Positions 52,410 to 64,000 of a stretch of DNA of 64,000 nt are shown piece by piece (the first letter of the stretch is position 1; every line of letters begins with the position of its first letter). Source of the DNA: Octopus sinensis (taxonomy: Eukaryota); assembly GCF_006345805.1 (NCBI RefSeq), contig NW_021833648.1, positions 43,219-107,218 of the forward strand, in the 5' to 3' direction. The notes under the pieces are model-generated. The model saw nothing but the letters and a program-made list of their open reading frames with translations, searched no databases and was not told the origin of the DNA. The translations under genes and the position numbers were made by a program.

Positions 52410-52800
52410 TATTCTTTTACTTGTTTCAGACATTTGATTGGGGCCATGCTGGAGCACCGCCTTTAGTCGAGCAAATCCACCCCAGGACTTATTCTTTGTA
52501 AGCCTAGTACTTATTCTATCGGTCTCTTCTGCCGAACCGCTAAGTTACGAGGACGTAAACACACCAGCATCGGTTGTCAAGTGATGTTGAGGGACAAACA
52601 CAGACACACAAACATATGCACACATAAATATATATATACATATATACGACGGGCTTCTTTCAGTTTTCGTCTACCAAATCCAATCACAAGGCTTTGGTCA
52701 GCCCGTGGCTATAGTAGAACACACTTGCCCAAGGTGCCAAACAGTCGGACTGAACCCGGAACCATGTGGCTGGTAAGCAAACTACTTACCATGCAGCCAC
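52410..52800 (-). mobile_element. SINE family B
   Basis: Homologous to 6720-7140 in reverse. A short head fragment on + lies at about 52320-52385. Confidence 0.85.
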
Positions 52801-54004
52801 TCCTATGCCTATATAATTTAATATATACAAAATTTTTAAAAGAACAGCTAATAGTTTCTTGCTGTAAAGGTACAATAATTTGGCAGATTTATATAACATT
52901 CCGTGCGTCAGCAAGCAGTCCTTCCGGCTCAGTGTAAACTATTAATCCTAGTTGAGAACCAGAAAGCTGATGTATAAGAAAACATGAGAAAAAAATGAGA
53001 AGTGAAAGCGAGAAGGTTGAGGCAAAAATTGGAACGAGAAGGAAGAAACGCAATAGACCAAGATCTACTTGCTCTTTGTCTGCAGAAAATATAATTAATC
53101 AAGCTGGAGTAGAATAGTATCATGGAGAGGAAGCCAAAGTCGATGAGACAGCTACTGAATCCAGTCAGGGTTGTATTTTCCAGTTCGACAGAATAAATCG
53201 GTCCTTGTGCTTGCATTTGCTAATAATATAGAATCTGGATCTAAATTGTGTAGTGGAATTCTCAGATCTAAAAGGAAGGTGCAATGTTTCAGATACGCAT
53301 AACTTGCGTCTCTTTGATCCATTTATATATGACGTAGATATATACACAATTCTCTACTTGATTGTATTTGGTGTATAGTTGATCTTCAGATCCCATACAT
53401 GCTTAGCAAACTTAGAGAATTTATTTTTATCAATGTGTCGAACAGAAGACTGGTGGTTTGCTTAACGGTTTTTAAAATTGCCTTCGTATAAACCGATGTA
53501 ACTTTTCTTTTAAATTACGTTGTTTTGGTGCGCTGCTGTGACTTCAGCTTCATAATATACGCTGTATACATATCTGTGTAAATTAAATAATATTTAATAT
53601 CTCACTATTGAAGTACATTTTTCCTTGATCCCAACTGTATAAAGGGAAAATTAATAACAAACGACGAATTCAAATATATAAACCAAAATGTCTAAGATAT
53701 GTTTGCAGTAAATATTTTTAGTTTAATTCTCGAAGAAAAACATTAGAAAGTTATGAGCAAACGTAGGAAATTCTTAGGCACAGTTCTTCGTTGGGTCTGT
53801 AGAAAGAGGCCCAGGGAAGACGAAAAAAGGAAAAAAAGGAGATAGGAACTAAGTGTCAGGAAAAAAAGTACATGCGAAACTCATGTTCGATTATTGGGTG
53901 TCTGCATATGTCTGTGTATGTACGAGTATATATATATATATATGTGTGTGTGCGTGTGTGTGTGTGTGTGTATACACATAGACATAATGTGTCTAGGCGT
54001 TGGA

Positions 54005-54161
54005 ATGGCTGTGTGGTAAGTAACTTGCTTACCAACCACATGTTTTCGGGTTCAGTCAGTCCTACTACGTGGCATCTTGGGCAAGTGTCTTCTACTATAG
54101 CCTCGGGCCGACCAAAACCTTGTGAGCGGATTTGGTAGACAGAAACTGAAAGAAGCCCGTC

Positions 54162-54197
<36 letters not shown>

Positions 54198-54440
54198 TGT
54201 GGATGCGGATGTCTTTAAAGTAGGACTGGATCTCTTCCTGTCAGGTGTCCCGGATGAACCAACTTCACGGCAGGAGGTGCAGATGAGGGCAGCTGCATCG
54301 AACTCTCTCATGCATCAGATGGCGTTTGCTAGAAAGCATCCGTGAGGTAAAATCGTGTAGCAAACCAAATGGCGGTGCCCCAGCATGGCCACAGCTCATT
54401 AGCTGAAACTGGAAAAATCAAAATCAAAATCAAAATCAAA

Positions 54441-54487
<47 letters not shown>

Positions 54488-54535
54488 GTATGTACATATA
54501 TATATGTATATGTATGTATAATATATATATATGTA

Positions 54536-54570
<35 letters not shown>

Positions 54571-54765
54571 GTGTGTGTGTGTGTATATGTTTGTGTGTCT
54601 GTGTTTGTCCCTCCCAACATCGCTTGACAACCGATACTGGTGTGTTTATGTCCCCGTAACTTAGCGGTTCGGCAAAAGAGACGGATAGAATAAGTGCTCG
54701 ACTAAAGGCGATACTCCAGCATGGCCACAGTCAAATGACTGAAACAAGTAAAAGAGTAAAAGCGT
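54005..54765 (+). mobile_element. SINE family B interrupted in its internal microsatellite by a LINE 3' fragment
   Basis: 5' half about 54005-54162, 3' half about 54590-54765. Confidence 0.8.
54196..54445 (+). mobile_element. 3' end of a CR1/L2-like LINE with (TCAAAA)n tail
   Basis: Encodes VDADVFKVGLDLFLSGVPDEPTSRQEVQMRAAASNSLMHQ, resembling CR1-group ORF2 C-termini as I recall them, followed by a short 3'UTR and tandem-repeat tail. Clade assignment is tentative. Confidence 0.6.
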
Positions 54766-54813
54766 AATATAAATACATGTATGCATATAAGCACCACATA
54801 TATGTATGTTATA

Positions 54814-54909
<96 letters not shown>

Positions 54910-55904
54910 GTACATAATCCTATACACATAGGATGCATGTTTGCGCACAAGTTTGTAGAGTTCATATTTGCATAAACACATTTACGACGCATGCATACAC
55001 AAATCTATTCATGAATTCGTGTGTTCATATATTATATATATATATATATATACAGACATGCGTACGCACATACGTACTTGCATGGATGTATTATCGATGT
55101 GTGTGTTCCTTCATAAAACTCTTATTGATGCCAAGATACAAAGTTCCTTAGTAAACTAAACTGCCGTTCTCGTTAAACAACTCTGTCTATACACACCGGA
55201 ATATATAACCAATATAATTATACAGTCTTTATTTTTTCCTTTGACATCACTAAACTCCATTGTTCTCTTAAACTTCTCTCCGCCATTAATATCCCTCCTC
55301 CTCTCTCTTTCACTCTCTTTTTATGTCTTTTTTCCTACTCCACCTCCCACCTCCGTTTCCCCCCACCTTTTAACCCCTCTGCACACACAATAGCTTGACT
55401 TTTCATGTTCTCATTTTCATTCATTTTCTTCTTAATATTTCCTTTATTATTCTTCATATTCTTCTCCTCCTCTTTATTATTTTTATTGATGTTGTTTTCT
55501 TCTTCTTCTTGTTGTTGTTGTTGTGTTGTTGTTGTTCTTCTTCTTCTTCTTCTTCTTCTTCTTCTTGTTCTTGTTCTTCTTCTTCTCAGCCTGCACATTG
55601 GTGCAGGCGTGACTGTATGCTTTCAACGATGTTCACTTCACAACCAGCATGCTTGCAAGTACGCTCTCACAGTGCGGCGTCTTGAACAAGTTTTTTTTTC
55701 GGCTTCTGCTTCAGATTGGCCAATAACTTTATAAGAGAAATTTTGTCAGACAGAACTATGTTTTCGTAATATTTTTTCGAACAACGACAGACACAAATGG
55801 AAAACAAGACAAACAACATAAAGAACGACCCTTCATCAGTTGTTGGCTGTTTTTCTACTCTCGTATTTCAAGCATTTAACAAGACCGCGTGTGTACCGTT
55901 GGCG

Positions 55905-56080
55905 ATTTTTTTCCCTCCGTCTTCCCTTCTCTGGATCTTTCCTTTTCTTATGTTTCTGACGAAGAGCTCCGCTCGAAACGTAAAACCCTCCTTCTTCTCT
56001 TATTTCCTGAGCGTCCAATAATACTATATTTGTTCCACGTCCTCGCGTTGTTGTGTTTTCTTTTGTGTTTTCATGTTTGG
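55905..56080 (+). mobile_element. Penelope-like non-autonomous repeat with hammerhead-like motif
   Basis: Inverted homolog at about 61680-61845. CTGACGA...GAAA motif at 55952-55986. Confidence 0.55.
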
Positions 56081-56086
56081 ATTAAC

Positions 56087-56125
<39 letters not shown>

Positions 56126-56479
56126 GAAAGTTACAGAAAAACAAAAGACAAAGACAGGTGTTTAAACAACAAACATGTGTATTAGTTTGAGGTGAGGAAG
56201 TCTTTTACATTTCGAGTCTACGCTCTTCAACAGAAAGGAGCACGAGGAAATAAACAGAAAGAGAATAAAATACTTTAGTTAGTCCAAACTTTGAAGTCAC
56301 TGTTAATACTATTCTTGCTAAAGAATAATAAATTTATATTCTACAAAAGTATGGAGTAACTCTTCAGATTAATGCAAAATTGCTTTTATTACAGCTGAAA
56401 TTAAAAATAAACACACATCCACATTATTTAAAGCATTAAACAGTTTGATACAGTTCTGTACGATTTAAAACTTCGCGTC

Positions 56480-56760
56480 TCTTTCAGGCTCTGGATTGCC
56501 GAATGGAGCACTGAAGGAAGTCCTTGATGGTTACAAGAAGATCGGCTGGTATTGGTCAAGACACCTCATATGGTGTTGTCAAAGAATATTGTCAAAGAAA
56601 ATCAATTGCCCAGCATCAGCAGCTGTTTCATTAGAAAGGGGAATTTCTTCATTGTTGGTCATGGCTGGAATGACTTCGGTCAAATTACACCTCGTTTCTT
56701 GCTAAACAAAAAAAAAAAAACAACAATATTAGAAAGTGCCCATCAAGCCGTCAGTCTAAC
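56480..56760 (+). mobile_element. Possible Tc1-like transposase remnant
   Basis: SSLLVMAGMTSVKLHL resembles Tc1 SVMVWGG-type motifs, with TILE downstream. Heavily degenerate. Confidence 0.3.
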
Positions 56761-56872
56761 TACCAGAAATGCATACATACATAAAATATATATATATATA
56801 TATATATATATAAAGACAGGATAAAAAACATATACATATAAATATATATATTTATACACATATATATATATA

Positions 56873-56919
<47 letters not shown>

Positions 56920-57698
56920 ATATATATATATACATATACATATATGTGTGTGTGTCTTTGTATTTATATGTTTTTATCCTGGGTGGCGTCAGAGGTAGAA
57001 TTAATTGATGGTCGAGGGATAAGATTAATAGAAGCTGTTGAAAGGAATCCAAATACCGAGTATTCAGTGAACCGAAACTACTCGCGGTCGTAACAGTAGT
57101 GGTAGCAGTAGCAGTAGTAGTACTAGTAGTAGCAGCAGCAGCAGCAGCAAACGGGCACCATCATTTATGTTCATTATTCACATCATTGTGTCACACCATT
57201 CCTAATAGCATCTCATCATAAACATCAGAAAACATCAGCAACACCCCCTACCCTCATACCACCCCTAATACTACTCCTACCACCTCGAATACATCCACCG
57301 CTACCACATTCATCATCATTATCTTCAACGCAAAAACGGTGAAGACGGCGATCACCGCCATCATCACATCATCTCTATTACCAAATCGAGAAGGACGACG
57401 ACGATGACCAACCGACCGACCGCTACCGACCGACCGACCGACCGACAGACAGGCAGACAAACAAACAGGCCGACACCACCACCGTCATTTTCGACAGCAA
57501 CACGACCAGCATCATCATCATCATCATCATCATCAACGCACCCTGTGTTGTTCTCTCATCAAAAAGCTAACATTTACCGCTGTTTTAACACAAACCCCGT
57601 AATTTTGTTTGTATCAAGTCAGATCTAATGAAGCGTGAAGAGTTAACTTAATGCAGTAGCAGTAGCAGTATTATTATCATCATCATCATCATCACCGC

Positions 57699-57732
<34 letters not shown>

Positions 57733-58225
57733 GTCATCATCATCATCATCATTATTATTATTATTATTATTAGTAGTAGTAGTAATAGTTGTTGTTGTTA
57801 TTCATACCTCCTTATTTGTACACACTTCCAATACTTCATACCCTAAACATACGCACATACGTATGCACGCACGCATACACGCACGCACACGCACACACAC
57901 GCTCACATACATACATACACACACATACACACATATACGCACACACGATCATCTGTATTTCACTCATAGTTGTGTAGAATCTGTTTAGACAAAAGGCAGG
58001 GCCAGCAACGCTACGTCTGGTGAAAATTGACCCACATCCAAAACTCGGGTGGCGTTTGAACCAGGAACGCAACATCTACCATTATACGAGCAACACACTT
58101 GTCTCCAGCCATCTTACAACTCTCAGGTCATCTTAATTTCCGAACTGCAAGGAAATTACTTGCAAAAAGTAATTTTACCAAATTTGCAGAACCCATTTTC
58201 CTCTAGTTCTTAATAACGATACATC

Positions 58226-58440
58226 TACGAGGCGATGCTGACAAATTTCTGGCTTTAAGGGGTTACGAAAAACCTGGCTGGAGACCCAACTTTCCGTGTT
58301 CTCTTACAGAACTTAGAAAAACTGAAGGACAGCTGCGATAAGTCTGCGAATATTAGAGGAGAATATGTTGAATAAATTCATAATTAACTGATTCTCCTGT
58401 ATTTTCTTTTGCCCAAAGCCAGGAGCTTTTCAGCACCCAC
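58226..58440. mobile_element. Mariner-derived MITE
   Basis: TACGAGGCGATGCTGACAAATTTCTGGCTTT ... AAAGCCAGGAGCTTTTCAGCACCC inverted termini. Confidence 0.6.
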
Positions 58441-58443
58441 TTC

Positions 58444-58529
<86 letters not shown>

Positions 58530-58555
58530 GTCTATCTCTCTCTCTCTCTCTCTCT

Positions 58556-58615
<60 letters not shown>

Positions 58616-58648
58616 TTTATTAAGTTGACAACATACCATCACTTTATA

Positions 58649-58686
<38 letters not shown>

Positions 58687-61084
58687 TAATAAATATTAGG
58701 GAATAAATCCAACTTACAGGGAAAAATCAGATTTAGGATTGAATCCATTTATAGTAAAATATTATATTATATAAATTAGAGACAAAACCACTATTATGCA
58801 AATCAAACAAAGAAAGACTTAATCTTTGTTTGATTTGCATAATAGTGGTTTTGTCACTAATTTATATAATATATAATATATATATATATATATATTATGT
58901 ATGTATGTATGTATGTGTGTGTGTGTATGTATTGTGTCCGTATAGCATTTGCAAGGGAGGTCATCGCTCCCATCTCCAGCCTGATGTGATACTCATAGAC
59001 CCAGGTTTCTAGATGTTATCCCTCCTCAGTGTGAGACCACCATAACCTAGTGACAAAAGCTCTCTCCACTTGCAAATACTATATATTTCTTAAGCGAAAC
59101 ACAGTCGCTGATCTCGTATACAGAAAAACAACTTGTTTTAAATATCTGAGCGAGAGATATACAATAACAGTACTGGATAGTAACGTTTATATGCCAACAG
59201 AATGAGGCAATCCTATAAAAGACGATGTAACTTGTTTTAGCCCCAGGAAAATATATTTTGTTGCTGGCTATCGACACATAGTTTGCGTCCGTATGGCATT
59301 CGCAAGGGAGGTCATCGCTCCCATGTTCCTGGGGCTAAAACAACAGTAACATCGCCCTTTATACGACATTCTGTTGACATATAAACATATATAGGTATGT
59401 ACATATATGTATGTATATATGCATATAATTATATATTATTTATATTATTATATGATCGAACGCCACGCATCTTTTTCCAAGTAAGTTTTATCTTAATAAT
59501 TACGATGCGCATTCTTCTTCTTTACTATCTCTTCTCTGTCTATCTCTCTCCCTCTCTTGTTCATCCTTTCTGGTTTTCTCTCCCACCCTTCCCTATTTTT
59601 CTCCTCTCCCCTTCACCGTTCCCTCTCTCTTTCTCTCTATCACTCCTCCTCCTCGACTCTCTCGTCGCTGACACGTGATGAAAGGGGATCCATCTTTTCG
59701 ACTACTACCTTCACAAAGACTAAACGGGCTTATCCTGTCTCTTCATAAGCTCGTCTCCTAAAACGTTCAGAATAATTTTTCCATCGTCTTGGCTTAACAG
59801 CCCTCATCGTTTGTTTTGACTGTTTTACCCAAAAAATCGCAATTTTTTATTTAATTTGCTTTGCAGGGAGGACTGTTTCAACGAAGTCGCATCTTGTCCT
59901 TACCTTCGAAAACGCGGAGTAGATGAAACAGGGACAACCGAAGAAGGACAGTATTCTTTATGTTGTATCTCTCGTTTCTCTGTTTTTTCGTTGTTTGAAA
60001 AAAAAAAGTTCGTTTCTATGTCTTTGTTTTTATGTTTTCGTTTCTCATTGTGTTCAGCGTTTTTTTTATGTCCTGTACCCATATATGCATGTATATATAC
60101 ATATATATGTAGGTATGTACATATATGCATATATTTATATATTATTTTGACGTCCTGGTTTTGTTGTTATCCTTACCATTATTGTTTTTACGTATTTTTG
60201 TGTTTTTATTCGTGTAACATCGTCCGTTTTCCGTCCCTGTGTTGTATACATTCGAGGCTTTCTTCCAAGGAATCTAATGCGCTTGGCTTAGAGAGAGAGA
60301 GAGAGAGAGAACAAATAGTGAGTGATTATCAATCCGAGTGAAATATTTCATAAGCTCTGCTGGCACATCAGACTAAAGAATATTACTTAGATTAGTGAAG
60401 AACTCCAAGTAATATTTTGGCAGGGGCCAAAGTTAAGGGTTCATCACAATTCTATATTGTAATTCAGATAAACTGGGATTTGCAGAGTGATATATGATAG
60501 ACAAGTTAAAATGCTATTTGTTACGTATAATTCCTTTATTATAGCAAATTTAGCTTACAGCTGTTTCCTGTCGTCATTATAGATAGGTTTACTCAATTGG
60601 TCTATAGATTAATTGAGGTAAATTGAAAGCCCTAAGAAAATTAATGATACCTTCGTCAGAGCCATTGCTGGAAATAGCAAATAGAGCACTTGAAGAATTG
60701 CTATTGTATGGGGCAGGTGGGGAGGGGATTGAGATGTTTAAGTAGAAAAGATAAAGGCAGGTTACAGTGGGGTGGTAGCAACTGGGGGGTGTGGTGCTTA
60801 GTAGAAGTAGCAGTAGTAGTATGAGGTGTAGTATTAGTAGTAGTTGTAGTAGTAGGTGTATTGCATTGTCAAATTTAGGAGAGGAACAATCATAAACGTA
60901 GGTCAGGATCATTATGATATTGGCATCGTATATAGGCTAGATGTTCTCCAGCCAATGTGTTGAAATCTGATATGGGCATTTCGTGGACATGGGGAGCGTC
61001 AAAGAGCTGTAAGCCAGATTAGCTATAATAAAGGAATTACATGTAATGACCATTATTTTAACTTGTCTTATATGTGTGCGCGTG

Positions 61085-61115
<31 letters not shown>

Positions 61116-61349
61116 TGTGTGTGTGTGTGTGTACACGAGTGTATATATATATATCAATGGAACAAAAACGCAATAGAGGGCATTAAAACATTCGGAGTGA
61201 CAGACGATACAAAGACGGACAAGAGAAACAACGATTAGGACAGGCAACAAAAGACGGGTCATTCGTGGCTTCCTTTCCTCAGTCAAGTTCCAGAAAGCAC
61301 GATCATTTTGGTTGCCCACCCAAAAGTCTAAGCTAAGAGCATTAGACCC

Positions 61350-61387
<38 letters not shown>

Positions 61388-61532
61388 GACAGCCTTCTTC
61401 CATATATATGTGTGTGCGTGCGTATGGCCGTGAGAGTGGGCGTGTTGTGTGCTTGTGTGTGTGTGTAATTGTATGTACATGTGTTGTATGTATATATATA
61501 ATATACATACACACAACACACACACACACACA

Positions 61533-61579
<47 letters not shown>

Positions 61580-61679
61580 CATAAGGGGGATCAGCCATGT
61601 GAATGTGGCTAGGGTCAGGGCGGGGTATGGGGGTGTTACTGATGCATTTAGCCCCATATATATAGTTAATCCAAACAAG

Positions 61680-61845
61680 AAAGCAAAAAAAAAACACAAC
61701 AACGCGAGGACGTGGAACCAATAAAGTATTATTGGACGCTCAGGAAAGAAGGAAAGAAAGAAGGTTTAACGTTTCGAGCGGAGCTCTTCGTCGGAAACAT
61801 AGGAGAAGGAAAGATCCAGAGAAGGGAAAACAGAGGGAAAAAAAT
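61680..61845 (-). mobile_element. Penelope-like non-autonomous repeat (second copy)
   Basis: Reverse complement of 55905-56080. Confidence 0.55.
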
Positions 61846-62229
61846 CATATATATATATATGAAGTGAAGGGTAGAGCGTAAGATATAACGTTTCTTCCAT
61901 GATTTATAATTGTTCCAACAATTTGCGGTCACAACTCGTATATCATATCAAGTCATCCCATCCGGCATTTCTCACACTGTCGCCACGACTTATTCCAATT
62001 GTAATACCACGACCAATACTATTACCACTGCTATCATTTACAACGAATACACCCACCCACCCACACACACTCGTTGGTCACTGGATATGTTAGAAATAGG
62101 TGTTAAATTACTATCACTAGAAGACGCTTTGAATTAGTCAATTTAGACACAAGCACATTCACATAATAGAGTGGGATGTTCAAGGCTGGGTCGGTTTCCG
62201 TTCAGGATAGCTGGTGCGTCCGGCACTTC

Positions 62230-64000
62230 TTCCGCCACCACCATTACCAAAACCACCACCACCACCACCACCACCACCACCACGAAGGACAACGCGGCTC
62301 CTCACCATCACAACCACCAAAGTCATGATTTGTGCACCTATCGCAACACTACCACCACCACAACCACCGTCACCGCCATCACCACTATCTCCACTACTAT
62401 CATCACTACCATTATCACCACCGTTACCATCACGCCACCACCACTACTATGAACACTACCAACTACAGCAACAAAACCATCAACATTAGTCACTACAACA
62501 TCCTACGCCGACCGCCACCACGACCCCCGTGACCATCGGCCACTCCCAGCAGAAGCAGCATCGAGAACATCACGACCACCACCACCATCACCACCACAAC
62601 CACCACCACCACCACCAACACCACTACCACCACCATCACTATCAAACAACTACAACATCTCCAATACCATAATCATCATCACCGTCACCATCACCGCCAT
62701 TCATATCAACACTATTACATCCGTCACCAGCACCGTGACCAGCCCCTTTTTCGTCACCCTAACCACCATCAACACCATAACCACCACCGCCACATTCACC
62801 CCGCCACCACCACCACTACCACTACCAGAAGCTCTGCCGCGAACGTAGCCTCAATGCCAACATCATCAGCACGACACTCTCCGGCACTTTTACCACCGCC
62901 ACCATCACTATCACCCCTACTACACCACCAGCACCATTACCATTTTCGCCATCATCCCTGTCACCATTACCGCCCTCATAACCACCGTCCTTAAACTCCT
63001 TTACCATCACTACTACCAACGCATCCACCACCACTACCACCACACTACTACCACCACTACCGCCACTAGAAGCACAATCATCGTCATCATTATCATCATC
63101 ATCATCATCATCACCACCAGCACCGCTACCATTACCGTTACCTCCACCAACATTTTCATCATCACTATAACTATTACCGCCATCACTAACGTACTATCAC
63201 TACCACAGCCATTACCTTCACCATCACCATCACCACCACCGCATCCGTCACCACTACCACCCCTAGAAGCACCATCCTCCTCCTTATCCTCCTCCTCCTC
63301 CTCCTCCTCATCATCATCATCATCACCACCAGCACCGCCACCATTACCGTTGCCACCACCACTACCACCATTATCGTCATCACTATGACCATTACTATAA
63401 CCACCACCACAACCATCACCGCTACTACCTCTTGAAGAACCACCACCACCACCACCACCACCACCACCACCACCACCATCATAATCATCATCATCACCAC
63501 CACCAGCACCACCACCATTACCGTCGCCACCACCACCACCACCATTTTCGTCATCACTATAACCATTGCTATAACCACCACCACAACCATCACCGCTACT
63601 ACCTCTAGAAGCACCACCACCACCACCATCATAATCATCATCACCACCACCACCAGCACCGCCACCATTACCGTCGCCACCACCACCACCACCATTTTCG
63701 TCATCACTATAACCATTACTATAACCACCACCACAACCATCACCGCTACTACCTCTTGAAGCACCACCGCCACCACCACCATCATAATCATCATCATCAT
63801 CATCACCACCAGCACCGCCACCATTACCGTCGCCGCCACCACCACCATTTTCGTCATCACTATAACCATTATTGCCATCACTAACGTACTATCACTACCA
63901 CCGCCATTACCTTCATCATCACCACCACCAAAACCACCACCATAACCATCACCACAACCATCACCACTACTACCTCTTGAAGCACCACCGCCACCACCAC
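62230..64000. repeat. (ACC)/(ATC)-rich low-complexity tract; higher-order minisatellite from about 63060
   Basis: Anchor CT(A/T)GAAG recurs near 63066, 63263, 63431, 63604, 63755 and 63975. Confidence 0.88.

Noticed and set aside
52975-53220. Purine-rich, coding-looking stretch on +
   Set aside because: In-frame stop, no recognisable domain and no supported splice sites.
63060-64000. CRISPR-like repeat-spacer array
   Set aside because: Units are homologous along their whole length with no unique spacers, and the context is eukaryotic.

Overview
Repeat-saturated, AT-rich animal DNA. It is most likely from an octopus; this is an inference from the SINE families and extreme microsatellite load. 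The only host protein-coding gene I can support is a solitary, divergent linker-histone H1-like gene (20786-21718, +). The most striking elements are two copies of a Tx1/L1-clade LINE: a full-length one on - (about 12537-18710) and a 5'-truncated one on + (about 43459-46568). All four of their junctions abut (TATC)n/(GATA)n microsatellite in the same orientation, which suggests a GATA-repeat-targeting retrotransposon. Also present: stacked R4/Dong LINE 3' ends in (AAT)n arrays, Tc1/mariner remnants and MITEs, at least three tRNA-derived SINE families, and several minimal hammerhead-like motifs. Two SINE families have 3' tails matching LINE 3' ends in this same window. Most short six-frame ORFs are microsatellite artefacts. 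Element boundaries were placed by eye and are approximate.
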